This document shows, one piece after another, positions 1 through 36,800 of a stretch of DNA of 64,000 nucleotides (within the stretch, counting starts at the first letter, position 1; each line of letters starts with the position of its first letter). The DNA comes from Tubiluchus corallicola. Lineage: Eukaryota > Animalia > Priapulida. The notes below the pieces were generated by a model. That model was not told the origin of the DNA and searched no databases. It saw nothing but the letters and a program-made list of their open reading frames with translations. The translations under genes and the position numbers were made by a program. The stretch lies in assembly GCA_030141605.1 (NCBI GenBank), contig JAQGDQ010000512.1:62001-126000 (forward strand), read 5' to 3'.

Positions 1-1002
1 CATCAAATTATCAGGAAAATGTCTAAAAATACTAAAAATCTAATTTTATGACACCGAATCCACTTTTATGGCTAGAAACTAGTACTTGAAATTGTAAAAA
101 AAACTTGTATTTTCAAACACTGATTGTAGCTCGTGGAAGCAGCCATTCTGCTTCGGGTTTTTTCTGTTGACAAGCCCATATCTTCGTCAGGAAGAGCCAT
201 CTATTGGATTTAAACGTAACTTCAATTTGCTCTTGTAAAATCCATAGCAACCACACTTTTACACGGTTGCTAAGCGTTTTGTAGAGATGCGACAAAAAAC
301 AATGGCTAACTTTAACAAGTGATTTTCTCAAGATTGTGTTTTTCAGTTTGTAGCCTGCACCTCAACTTCAACGTGGATCATCTCAGCTTAGTAACAACAT
401 AGAGCGATGAACTTGGTATCAAAATGATCCTCATGAAATGGAGTCAGGATATGCTAACAATTAGAGAAGCTAAATTGCTGACTTAGGGACGATTTAGCTA
501 TGCAAGCTCATAAATAATCATTTATAGTCATTTCGCTAACGCAAACCGAAAAATCTGCAGATGAAATCTTAGAAAAGGATACCCTCTATCGAAAATAAGT
601 TAACATCGGTATCTTCACTTGCAGTCGCTAGAACTGAAACGCTGCTGCCATCTGTAGTCCGGCAAGCAAACAAATGCTTTACGGCGTTTATCTGACTAGA
701 GTGAAATGCATCCTAGAAAATACGGTTTCACTGAGAACTTGACTTTTAGACAAAAAAGAAAAAAGAAGAAAATTGCAACACAGTTTTCAATCTTCACTGA
801 GTTTGCCATAACAAAATGTAGTCAAAGCCAAAAAAGTGAAAGAAAAAGAGAGAACAAGGAAGAGAAAGGCAAGAAAAGATAAAGCGAATCAGGCAGAGAG
901 ATGGAAAGATTGCAAGAAGAGAGGATGAAAACAGAGGCGAGTGAAAGAGAGGGAAGAAGGTATAAAGAAGAAAGATAAAGAAAAAACAAGAGGAAAATTG
1001 CA

Positions 1003-1071
<69 letters not shown>

Positions 1072-1361
1072 AAGAAAGAAAGAGAGAGAAAGATAGAAAG
1101 GGAGAGGCAGAAAAAAGGAATGGAGGGAGAGATGGCGAGTGGAGAGATACAGACGAAAAACAGACAAAGCAGCCAAAAGAATGAATGGGGTGAAAGGCTA
1201 TACGTAGCCTCAAATATTGAACTTTGAAAACAAAAAGTATTTGTGTTTATATTCGTAATGTTGGCATCATCTTGTGCGAGATTCTTCACAGAAATTATCA
1301 CAACAGCCCAAGTTTTTGTCACTGCAACATTTAATGTATTCCAGTGAAATTTCACACATAC

Positions 1362-25718
<24,357 letters not shown>

Positions 25719-26074
25719 CTGTTATAATCATCATCATCATCGTCATCATTATCATCAATATCATCGTCGTTCATTATCATCATCATCGTCGTCGTCATTC
25801 ATTGTCAGTCATCATCATCATTATAATCATCATCTCCATCATCATCGTCATCATTATTATCATCATCAATATCATCATCATCATTCATTGTGAGTCATCA
25901 TCATTGTCATCATTATTATCATCCACAAGGACATCACAAACCAACATAATTTTTAACAGCAAAAATATTCCACAAGCGTGTTGCAGAAAAGTGGGTAAGG
26001 AGCTTTAAGTGTTTTTTGGTGTAGACTAAATTTTTAGTATTTTTCAACACTTTCTCAATAATTTGATTCTAGAA

Positions 26075-26481
26075 CAGGGTTGTGCAAACTGCGGCCCGTT
26101 GACAGATCTTGTATGGCCCGCGAAGAGGTTTGTGAACGTAATGAAAGTGCGGCCCACGCGATCCAGCTGAAGTCTGCGCCAATATCGCAAAGATAGTGCA
26201 GGTAGTTTTTTCCTCTAGATCGGATGGCATTAACCCTTACAAGACCGTTGTCACTTAATGTTACTGTCCGACATGACGAAATATATGGTCTTTAATATAA
26301 ATTTTAATAACTTCTAAAAGAGTTTCTTGAGTGCAGTAGTAATGATGTGCGCAAATCGGATGTAAAAAAATCTTTATTAGGTCCTACTGTACTTGGCTCC
26401 TTGACCAAACTGCATGTGGCTCGCAGGACTTGCGGGAATGTTTAATGTGGCCCGGCTAGTCAGATAATTTGCACACCCCTG
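26075..26481. mobile_element. hAT (Charlie-like) MITE, 8-bp TSD TTCTAGAA
   Basis: CAGGGTTGTGCAAA/TTTGCACACCCCTG termini; nested in an older MITE. Confidence 0.9.
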
Positions 26482-26689
26482 TTCTAGAATATAAAAGTCC
26501 AATATATAAAAAACAAAAATTAAGATTTAACCAAATTTTTGACAAATTCTACTTTGAAGCATAATAACGTAGTTTTAACTATGCCGACTTATGAACGGTT
26601 TTAGTCTGCAAGCGCACATATTCTACTTGCCACATAACACTAGACATCAAACATAAACAACGCGGCCATTTAAAACAGAGCCCGTGTAC

Positions 26690-26858
26690 CTTTGTCGCCG
26701 CACGCTAAGCGTTTTTCGACGCACGGCACCTCGACAAAACCCATTTGCTTTAGCGACTGAATGTGCCTGGAGGTGATGGGATTGTTCCACATGAACGTGT
26801 TCATGGCTGGGCAGAAGAGCAAAGGTTTACTGAAGTCCCACGCTCTCACGATGCACGT
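26690..26858 (-). CDS. PPCDC: PPCDC exon 4 (TCIVRAWD...PAMNTFMW...LACGDK)
   Basis: tttcag/gtacac, 169 nt, phase 0-1; not in the ORF track. Confidence 0.95.
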
Positions 26859-27844
26859 CTGAAAGACAACGTAGAGGTCCTATTAGCAGGCTAACAATTT
26901 GTTTCCATGAAACAACTCATTTTCACAAACTTGCTGAAGACCCTTTAGACCAAATTGCATTTTAAAGTTTGTTTTAACAAATACTGAACATAAGAAGAAC
27001 ACAAAATATGAATAGAATTGTTAAAGGGTTAAAATGCAGTCACTCCCTTTTAACTTTTAAAAAAACCGTCAGAAAAGAAATATTTCAAAAGTACTGAGAG
27101 TAACACAGTTTGATAATGGTAATCACCTGCATTCTTTTTCCACAGTAATCTTAATAAAACGTGACTATGCTCAACAGGTTACTGAACACTTTATAATCAT
27201 GATCACAGTTTTTCTTTGTTCTCGCTCCATTTCATCTTTCATTCACTACTCCCCCCACATCACAGTTTTTCTTTGTTCTCGCTCCATTTCATCTTTCATT
27301 CACTACTCCCCCTACATCACAGTTTTTCTTAGTTCTCGCTCCATTTCATCTTTCATTCACTACTCCCCCCCACTTTTATGTATATATTATCATTATCTCA
27401 ATTATTAATCATTTCTTTAAGATTTCCACGTACAGTTTGGCCTGTCCAGCTATGCTTTTAGGCTCAAGCTGTATGCATCAAAATTACTCTGTAATGTAAT
27501 TTGCACATGCATATGCTGCATAAGAATCTCTTTTGTAATTTCTGGATAATATTGCATTTATATTTATATTTACTTCAGTGAAATTATCTGTATTTTTATT
27601 ATAACTATAAAATGCAGAGTGGAAATAAATAAACTTATAACTTATAACAGGCTTAGTGATTTCTCTGTTTTTTCTCTGAAGTATTTCCTTTTTTCTTGTA
27701 TGTACAACTAGTGTCACTACCACATTGACTTAGTAATTGCTTGTACCAAGCAGCACCTCAGGAACGTCACCTAGTTAAAAGAGCTTCCTGATTCAGTGAA
27801 GCATTTTGCTGTTAAAAAAGGTGACACAGGTGCAGTAACTTTCG

Positions 27845-28635
27845 GGCAGTCACTCTGTAAACACTCAGTAACTCGCTATCAGTCCCTCAGAAAAATCTCC
27901 GACTAGCTCACATTCAGTAACTCACTATCAGTCACTCAGTAAACTCTCTGACTGGCTCACACTCAGTAACTCACTAGCAGTCACTCAGTAAACTTTCTGA
28001 CTAGCCCACACTTGGTAACTTACTGGTAGTCACTCAGTAAACTCTCTGACTAGCTCACACTTAGTAACTCACTTTAGTCACTCGGTAAACTCTCTGATTA
28101 GCTCACACTCAGTAACTCACTGATAGTCACTCAGTAAACGCTCTGATTAGCTCACGCTCAGTAACTCACTGGCAGTCACTCAATAAACTCGCTGATTAGC
28201 TCACGCTCAGTGACTCACTATCAGTCACTCAGTAAACTCTCTGACTAGCTCACACTCAGTAACTCACTGGAGTCACTCAATAAACTCTCTGACCAACTCA
28301 CACTCAGTAACTCACTGGCAGTCACTCAGTAAACTCTCTGACTAGCTCACACTCAGTAACTCACTGGCAGTCACTCAGTAAACTCTCTGACTAGCCCACA
28401 CTCAGTAACTCACTGGCAGTCACTCAGTAAACTCTCTGATTAGCCCACACTCAGTAACTCACTGGCAGTCACTCAGTAAACTCTCTGACAGCTCACACTC
28501 AGTAACTCACTGGCAGTCACTCAGTAAACTCTCTGATTAGCTCACGCTCAGTAACTCACTGATAGTCACTCAGTAAACTATCTGACTAGCCCACACTCAG
28601 TAACTCACTGGCGGTCACTCAGTAAACTCTCTGGC
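27845..28635. repeat. 49-bp minisatellite, ~16 copies
   Basis: Unit CAGTCACTCAGTAAACTCTCTGACTAGCTCACACTCAGTAACTCACTGG. Confidence 0.93.
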
Positions 28636-29099
28636 AAGGCAGTCTCCTGAACTGCTTTTAAGTTTGGCAAACTTGACTCATTGCAAAAAGGCACAACTAA
28701 AAACTTCTTAATAAAGATGATTGATTTTGAGCGAGTCATTAATTCACTAATGATTAATTTAATAATTTTACTTTTAATTTGTTAACCTTCAGAGTCAAAC
28801 TGCATCTGACTGTTTAGTGATACATCTATGGCAAAATTTAACTCATCTTGTCAATTTTTTTCTGTTCCCAAAATGGCAAGTATAACGAGGTTTAATAAAA
28901 AAATAACATAAACTCAGAACCTGCAAGAGCAGCTCAAACTGCAAAAAAGGGAGAAAGGAAAAGTACGGGAAAACAAGAAGAAAAAAGACGTACGAAAAGC
29001 CTCCCACTTTTATCAAAAATTTCTGGATGACATGATTACATAATTGGAATTATAGCTGTGTTTCATACACTAAATAAAGAATAAATAAAAAAGAATTAC

Positions 29100-29225
29100 A
29101 AGGAGATTGTCGCAGATTCCGTTAGCGATCTTGGCCAGCGTGTTCGCATCCAGAGGTGCGATCACCATCAAGTCCGCCCACTTCCGCAACTCGATGTGCA
29201 AAACCGGATCTGTACGATCTCCCCA
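29100..29225 (-). CDS. PPCDC: PPCDC exon 3 (WGDRTDPVLHIELRKWAD...CDNLL)
   Basis: ttgcag/gtaatt, 126 nt. Confidence 0.95.
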
Positions 29226-29945
29226 CTGCAAAAAATGTTCCCACAAAACATTATAGTAACATGTCCTATATTCTAACCTAGAAAATGCAAAACAACAGTA
29301 AACAGACAAATGTTCCAAACTTGTTTTAAAGGAAGACAGGATGATTTTTCATATACAACCTCATTTTCAAATCCAATAAAAAGTATACATTTTAACAGAA
29401 TTAATACTGCGAAAGTGTTTCTGATAATTAAATAATGCGTTAAAAACTTAATTAATGATGGGCGAGCCCAACTGTTGATGACATCACAAACTAACATAAT
29501 TTTCAACAGCAAAAATGTTCCACCAGTGTGTTGCACGAGTTTACGAAAGCGAAAATTGAGGTACAGTGCTACTGTAAGATGTTCAGTGTATTGCACTAAA
29601 ACTAGGCAAGTTTTAAGATAAAAATTAAAATTTACCACTGATGAGCTGTCGAACGTGTGTAGTTCATCACAAACTAACACATCTGAACTGAGAGATACAG
29701 CTCCTGTTTTTGTGCAATGTGTTTCCGAAATGCAGGTGCTAGTGTCTGTCTAACTAGCATAAGTCGAAATGCATGTAACATAGAAGAACTAGTGGCGCGA
29801 ACGCGAAATTTTGTTTGTGTGATAATAATTCTTTCACGTAAATCATTTCTGAAAACAATTATGTTCTTTCAATATTTTAAAGAGTAGACTGCTTTGACCT
29901 ACAATTTAAGATTGGGTCAGGTTTTGCTTTAAAGTTAACTTAAAG

Positions 29946-30437
29946 CAGAGGTGTGCAAATTGCGGAATGCAGGCCACTTGCGGCCCGCCGAGAGAATTTG
30001 TGCGAAGAGGTTTGTCAACGTAATGAAATTGCGGCCCGGGCGATTAATTGAGTGTATCCAGCTGAAGTCCATGCCATGATCCCAAAGATAGTGCGGGTAG
30101 TTTTTTCTACTAGATCAGATGCCTAACCCTTACAAGATGGTTGTAGCTTAATGTCACTGTACTACACAGACTGTGTGATACACATTACTAATATGCATTG
30201 CAATGAAATTACCACTATCTGTCCCGAAAGTAGAAATATAAGGTTTGTAATATAAATTTTAATAACTTCTAAAATAGTTTCTTGAGTGTAGTAGTAATGA
30301 TGTGCGCAGGTTGGATGCAAAAAAAATTGTAATTAGGCCTTTCTGTACTTGGCTCCTTGATCAAACTGCCCGTGGCCCGCAGGAATTGCGGGAAAGTTTA
30401 ATGTGGCCTGGCTAGTCAGATAATTTGCACACCCCTG
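29946..30437. mobile_element. hAT MITE of the same family, TSD ACTTAAAG/ACTTAGAG
   Basis: Homologous to 26075-26481. Confidence 0.88.
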
Positions 30438-30503
30438 ACTTAGAGCAAATGCAGTTTACACTATTAAACTTGTTTATAAAATTTAGTCCTAAAAAATCAA
30501 TAC

Positions 30504-30602
30504 CTTCCATTCGTCAGCATCTCTGTAAACCAGAACATCGGATGGAAGTTCATCAATGTTGAAGAAATGTAACGACCTCTCTGTAACGACCACTTTCACA
30601 TC
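30504..30602 (-). CDS. PPCDC: PPCDC exon 2 (DVKVVVTERSLHFF...DADEWK)
   Basis: tttgag/gtattg, 99 nt. Confidence 0.9.
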
Positions 30603-30709
30603 CTCAAAAATAAAGAATAATGCTCTTAATTAACACTGCTATATAGAAACATTCAGATTGTCATCTACTAAATAAGCACTTTAATAAAGACACTGATATT
30701 TACATACAT

Positions 30710-31257
30710 TGCTGTTGGCATCGTTCTGTCTCGGAAGTCAATGGAGTGTGCGCCAAGAGAGTCAGTTATTGATCACATTGATGGAGCTGTGGCTGAGCAG
30801 TCAGATCCTTGAACCATTGGAATGGCCTCTCCAGGGCGCACGCCTGGACAAGGTGTATGGAGATCCTGAGTTGCCCAGCCCGCATTGACCCCCTCTCTTC
30901 CTCCCTGGTGTAGTCCAAAGGAAAGCGGAGCGATATGTTTGGCACCAGGCTGGCTGCAGGAGCTGCCGGAGTCAGTGAGCATGCTGCACGGATCCGCCTT
31001 CGGGGCTCCACTCCCGATTTGGAAGGTTTACACCTCTACACATGGCCGTTGCGTCACTTGACCTCCTCCGCCCTCTAGCCGTTGGCTGCTTGTGCAGCTG
31101 CTCCGCCTAGTGTCGAGATACAGTGTGGGCATCCTGCAAGCCTACAGCACCTGGTAGTTGTAGGCGGTCACCTATCCAAGTACCAACCAGGCTCTACGTC
31201 GCTTAACTTCGGTGATCAGACGAGAACCGGTGTTTTCAACGTGATATGGCTGTAGAC
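30710..31257 (-). mobile_element. 5S rRNA-headed SINE (SINE3) with RTE-like body and tail
   Basis: Full 120-nt 5S-like head without T4 terminator, followed by a ~430-bp body also present at 24811-25173. Confidence 0.8.
31138..31257 (-). pseudogene. 5S rRNA-derived sequence (SINE head)
   Basis: GTCTACAGCCATATCACGTTGAAAACACCGGTTCTCGTCTGATCACCGAAGTTAAGC...GTACTTGGATAGGTGACCGCC...GGTGCTGTAGGCTT; diverged in 3' part. Confidence 0.92.
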
Positions 31258-31438
31258 TAACATACGTACCATTGTCATATGAACAATGCCATATTCACTT
31301 GGCTGATCCTCGCAAGCTCTCATGATTTTTGTATAAAATAATACGTTTCTTAGACATGATCTAACCTTACAATTTTTTTATACAGCCTTAGCAGTATGTA
31401 TGTTCCTAAATCCACAATCAATACAGTTTCGGGGCTAT

Positions 31439-31472
<34 letters not shown>

Positions 31473-31489
31473 TTATAATAATAATAATA

Positions 31490-32045
31490 TGTGTGTTTGC
31501 AAACCAAAACCCTCCATAAGTCGGCATAGATAAAATTATGTTATGACGCTTCAAAGTAGAAAGCACCAAAAAATTTAGTCAAATGTCGATTTTTTATTTT
31601 TTAAGAAAACAAACGCTAAATATATTGGACTTTTATATTTTAGCATCAAATTATTATGAATACTAAAAATCTAATTTTGCTTTTTGCTTCGGGTTTTTTC
31701 TGTTGACAAGACCAGATCTTCGTCAGGAACAGTGCTCTACTGAATTTAAACGTAACTTCAATTTGCTCTGGTAAAGTCCACAGCAACCGACTTTCGTGCG
31801 GTTGCTAAGTGTTTTGCAGAAACACGACAAAAAACAATGGCTAATTGTAACAGCGATTTTCTCAAAATTATGTTTTCTGGTGCATAGCCTGCAATTCAAC
31901 TTCAACGTGGACTATCTCAGCTTAGAAATAACATACAGCGAGATTGGTATCAAAATGATCCTCATGAAATGGAGATTCGGGATATGTGAATAACTAGAAA
32001 AGCTTAATTGCCGACTCATGGACGATTTTGCTACGCAAGCACACA
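31490..32045. mobile_element. Copy of the ~600-bp MITE family
   Basis: Same TIRs, TA flanks. Confidence 0.87.
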
Positions 32046-32911
32046 TATAATGTTTTATTTCACCTTTTGAGCACAACAGTAAGTAAAAAAAATTCCATTC
32101 AATAAGTGCAACAATTCATAATTATAGTAAAATTCACTCAATTCAATAATAAAAATGCAAGGCAGAACAAATTCATGTTAAACATCACCTCTCAAAATAG
32201 GTTGGAAAGAGCACAGTGAAATCTACAGAGTGTACTGATTTTAGATTTTAATTATTGTTCATTTGCCCGGGAAAATAGTGAAATATCGAATTCATTTATT
32301 GCTATTTACAAGACAAAACATGACACGTAACAATAATATAATCAGTGAAAGAGTGCTTTATTTTTAAAGAAAAATAGGATTAGAACAATATAACGTTGAC
32401 TAGTAACATCGTGACAAAGTAAGTAAGTAAGTAATCAAGTATCTTTATTTATTACCTTTTTTAGAAGAAAAACACAGAGCATGAAATGATAATATAATAA
32501 TGTGATACAAAGTGACAAGATTATTAAACGAATAAATTTTCTGAATTAATGATGTTCAAGTGATTGGTGAAAGGGTGGCGACTGAAAAAAACTGAAAGCT
32601 ACAGGGATCAGCACTGTTTAGTCTGGGAGGCGTTATTGTAGATTTACTAAATCGTAACTGTGTGCAATCGCAACAACATTCTGCGCGTCAATGGATCACA
32701 CTTAATTTTCTTATCCTGGCCTCCAGACGCCCACTTATTTCTTTTTGTAACAAAAATGCCAACCTCCAAACTTGCACAATTTTCTTCACCACCCACGTTA
32801 TGCACAGATACTCAGGTCAGACAGGGTAAGAGCTATTTATTAAATAATTTCAATTGAGACATTGAAGTTAAAGCACATCAGGCTGAAAAAAAAACAAAAT
32901 TTAATGCTTAC

Positions 32912-33046
32912 ATATGAACTTCCTACGCTGCTGCAAAGTGACGGCAATTTTATAGCTGCAACGCTTCCTGTGCAAGCAATCAAGATTCTTGATTTTAAAC
33001 AAAAAGTTTCACATCTCTTCAGAGTCTCATTAGAGCAAGCTGCCAT
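32912..33046 (-). CDS. PPCDC: PPCDC exon 1 (MAACSNE...ILIACTGSVAAIKLP...SSY)
   Basis: ATG at 33046, gtaagc donor, 135 nt. Confidence 0.93.
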
Positions 33047-33816
33047 ATCAATTATCAACACATTTCAGTAATCACTGTTCCCTTTCACTTCCACACACTA
33101 AAAGATGCACCCACCAAGAGTGCTTTGCATAATTTTTTTATGAAACTGCTGACTAATGCACAAAATGCTAGAAAATATAAATCTTGTTCTAGGACAGCGT
33201 TAGTAAATAATTTTCTATTATCATCCATACATATATTAATTATTTGTATTAGACTAATTACTACGGTACCTTGCTGAGGGACGTAAGAAAATGTATCTAT
33301 GGACCACAAGTGTGATTTTGCATTTGAATCAAGTTCTGTTGTTTAATGGAAAAACATGGCTGGCTAATGTTCTAGGTGAACAGATGTATTTTTCATAATT
33401 TGCAGTTTACTGCGTGTAGCTGGAGTTAATGGTCAGTCTACCATGCGTAAAATGAACTATTGCAGTTTATGTAAAGCATTATTATATGTTTGGCACTTTC
33501 CGAGATTGGATTCAAGTTGCGGTCTTTCCTACCCTACTTTTTTGTTTATTTGTCGTTAAACACTTGAAAGAAGTGTGACTTAACCAAGACTAAAGCTTAT
33601 ACAAATATTTAAAAATCACGGATATTTTAAAAATTTTAAATATTTTAAAATATTTAGACAAATTATGCACGGAAACCGTAATATTTAAAATAGCATGTGT
33701 TTAGCTAGTTCATTTTATTTCAGGGCAACTACTTCGTGTGATTTCTCTTCATCGCTCAAACATCGAATTCAAGTACTCCACTAGAGTCTCTGTTTTCTTC
33801 GAACTTCTTTTACAAG
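33047..33816. promoter_or_regulatory. Probable shared bidirectional promoter/5'UTR region of PPCDC and ATP6V0B
   Basis: Divergent start codons 770 bp apart; probable UTR acceptor TTTCAG at 33723. Confidence 0.5.
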
Positions 33817-33886
33817 ATGGGACTTGCAAACTCTTATACATTTCATCTGTCATATTCATTGTTTTTCACTGTACTTAGCATTATAG
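33817..33886 (+). CDS. ATP6V0B: ATP6V0B coding exon 1 ([23 protein letters not shown])
   Basis: aagATGg context, hydrophobic N-terminus, gtatga phase-1 donor matching exon 2. Confidence 0.82.
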
Positions 33887-36800
33887 GTATGAATTTTTAC
33901 TAAAATAATAGTAATAGTAATAGTAATTTATTTTCCTCCATATACAATAATTTGACAATAAAATACACAAAAATACAAACAAACATAGGAGAAAGGGTGG
34001 CGAAAAACCAAAGGTTATCGAGTCAACCACCCTTCTCAAAGGACAGTAAACAAAAGGACGCTAAGGACAGTAGACACAGCTATATTAAAAAATACATAAA
34101 CGTGCAGAAATACAAAAAACAAAAATACAACAGCAAAAGACAAAAATCAAAAACCATGACAAATTTACGAACTACTAAGCAAAATACCTTACAATTGTTT
34201 CTGATAAATACATCTAATAAATACACAAACGTACAGAAATACAAAAACAAAAATACAACAGCGAAAAAGTGAGTTTGCACCTCATAAAAATGTTTTTAAG
34301 CAAAAGTTACCATAAGAATGTACATCTAACAGACAAAAAAACTGATTTATTTGTAAGCTTCAAGAAGTGCCTTAGCGTACTGTTTTTTTAGCGAATGCAG
34401 GGGTAAAGAAGTTATATGAGCAGGTAGAGAGTTCCATAATACTGATCCCTGATATTTTAACGACGTTTGACCCTTAGATGTATTAAATCGTTCGATAAAG
34501 AAAGAACTGTTAGTAGAAAACCTAGTGTTGTAACTGTGAATATCGGATGCTGGCGTATAGTAATTTAGAAACAATTCTGGTAGTAAGTTATTCTTAAATT
34601 TGTATACAAATTTTGCAAGCTCGAGTTTGTAGATATCATTCAGTTTTAAGAGGCCCAATTGAATGTAGGATGGCGTTGCATGTTCCCGTCTACCAGAAAA
34701 TGTCATCAGCTTAACTATAATGTTTTGATGAGTTTGTATCGGTTTTAAAGTATTTGAAGATGCAGTGCCCCAGGAAAGAATCCCATAGTGAAGATAAGAA
34801 TAAACCAAAGCATGGTATATTAGTTTTAGTACATCTGTATTTACGTAGTGTCTTATCCTCGCAATTATGCCCTTGATTTTGCTAATTTTGTAGGTTATGT
34901 GTTTTGTTTGTGTAGACCATGTTAAGTTATCATCAATGAACATACCGAGGTATTTAATTTCTTTAGACCTAGTTAATATTTGATTATTCATTGAAATCTG
35001 GAAATTTTCATATGCGTCTGTTTTGCGGCCAGGCGTAATCAGCATGTATTTTGTCTTTTTATAGTTAATAGACAGTTTGTTAGCTTTCATCCACTGATTA
35101 ATCTTATGCAATTCACTGTTAACTGAAGTTTGTAAATTAATTATCTTTGTATCTGTTAAGAATAGATTAGTGTCATCTGCAAACATTCTAGTGTGGAAGT
35201 TTGAACAGTTTACAAGATCATTTATGTACAAAAGAAACAATATCGGGCCTAGAGTAGAGCCTTGTGGTACTCCACATGTTATAGTAGTTAGATTTGAGCT
35301 AGTATCTCCAATGGAAGTGTACTGTTGTCTGTTGTGCAAGTAAGATGCAAAGAAATTTTGGGATAGTCCTCTAATACCATAATGTTTCATTTTTTGGAGT
35401 AATATATTATGTTGTACAGTGTCAAAAGCCTTGGACAGATCTAGGAAGATGCCACACACAAATACATTTTTGTCAATATTATTAAGAATTCTATCGGTTA
35501 GTTCAGATACAGCTAAGGCAGTAGAATGATTTTTCCTGAAACCAAATTGGTGTTCTGATAGTATTTTGTTTGTTGAAATGAATTTGTCAAGCCGGATAAA
35601 GATGAGTTTTTCAAATATTTTGGCAACCGGTGAGAGTAAAGATATAGGTCTATAGTTGGTGGGATTTTCAGGTGATTCAGACTTATAAATTGGAATTACT
35701 TTCGCTAGTTTTAAAATGTTAGGAAATATGCCATCAGTAATCGATTTATTATAAAGTGTCGTTAAGTATGGTGTAATAATGCTGACAGCTAGTTTATAAA
35801 AATAAATTGGAATATTCTCTGGACCTGCAGATTTATTAATGTTTAACTTATTGATTTCCACACATGTTTCATTTTCTAATATAGGGTACATAAAAAATGT
35901 GCTATTTACTGGGTTCTTCAAAAAAGAATCAAATTTTAGTTCAGTGTATGGTATCTTTCTCGCCATATTGCTACCTATGTTACTAAAAAACTGGTTTAGT
36001 ATTTCACTTATATCCTTATGGTTATTGTACTCATTACCATTTTGTGTTAACTTGTTAGGTTGAAAATGGTTTTTCACTTTACAGTTTGTAATTTCATTTA
36101 TGGTTTTCCATGTTAGTCGCATATTATTTTATTTCCTTGGAGCACTTTTGAGTAATAGTTACGTTTTGACTGTTCTTTTATTCGATTTAGTTTATTACAA
36201 TATGTACGATAATATTCATTTTTGTATAAACTGTCGGATAATTTATGAGTTTTGTATAATTGACTTTTTTTTCTGATAGAAGTTAGGATACCTTGAGTTA
36301 ACCAGGGTTTGTAAAATGTCTTAGTTTGTTTTCTCGACAAGGTTTTATACGGGGCATGGTAGTTAACAGTTTCTGTAATTATATTCATGAATTTTTCAAA
36401 TGCTTCGTTTGTTGACATTGTCACAAAAGATTCGTTGTTTAGTTTATAAGTTAAGTCATTTAAGAAACCGTCTTGATTGAATTTACTCTTGTCACGGATT
36501 GTTACTTTTGAGTTCGCACGTTTACTAATTGAATTTTTGACGATGCAAAAGATAGGCAAGTGGTCAGCGATTTGGTAAAGTATAATGCCTGGAATGATGT
36601 AGTCTTTTAGGTTATTTGTGTAGATGTGATCTATAAGTGTTTTGGATGTGTGAGTAAGTCTAGTTGGTCGTGTTATAATGGGTGTGAATTGATTGCAGAA
36701 TACCATATTGAGATGTTCGGATATATATGATTTAGTTTCATGGTGAAGCAGGTTAAGATTGAAATCACCACATACATAACTAATCTTGCCAGTTTTATTA

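Noticed and set aside
794-1213. Hydrophobic SL-repeat ORFs (likewise the CV, YT and KGGRPPP repeat ORFs at 1693-2087, 7506-8030 and 44207-44858)
   Set aside because: Translations of microsatellites and minisatellites.
29636-29660. CTGATGA hammerhead-like core
   Set aside because: No stem II followed by GAAA and no flanking helices.
31138-31257. Functional 5S rRNA gene
   Set aside because: Substitutions in the 3' domain, no oligo-T terminator, fused to a repeat body.
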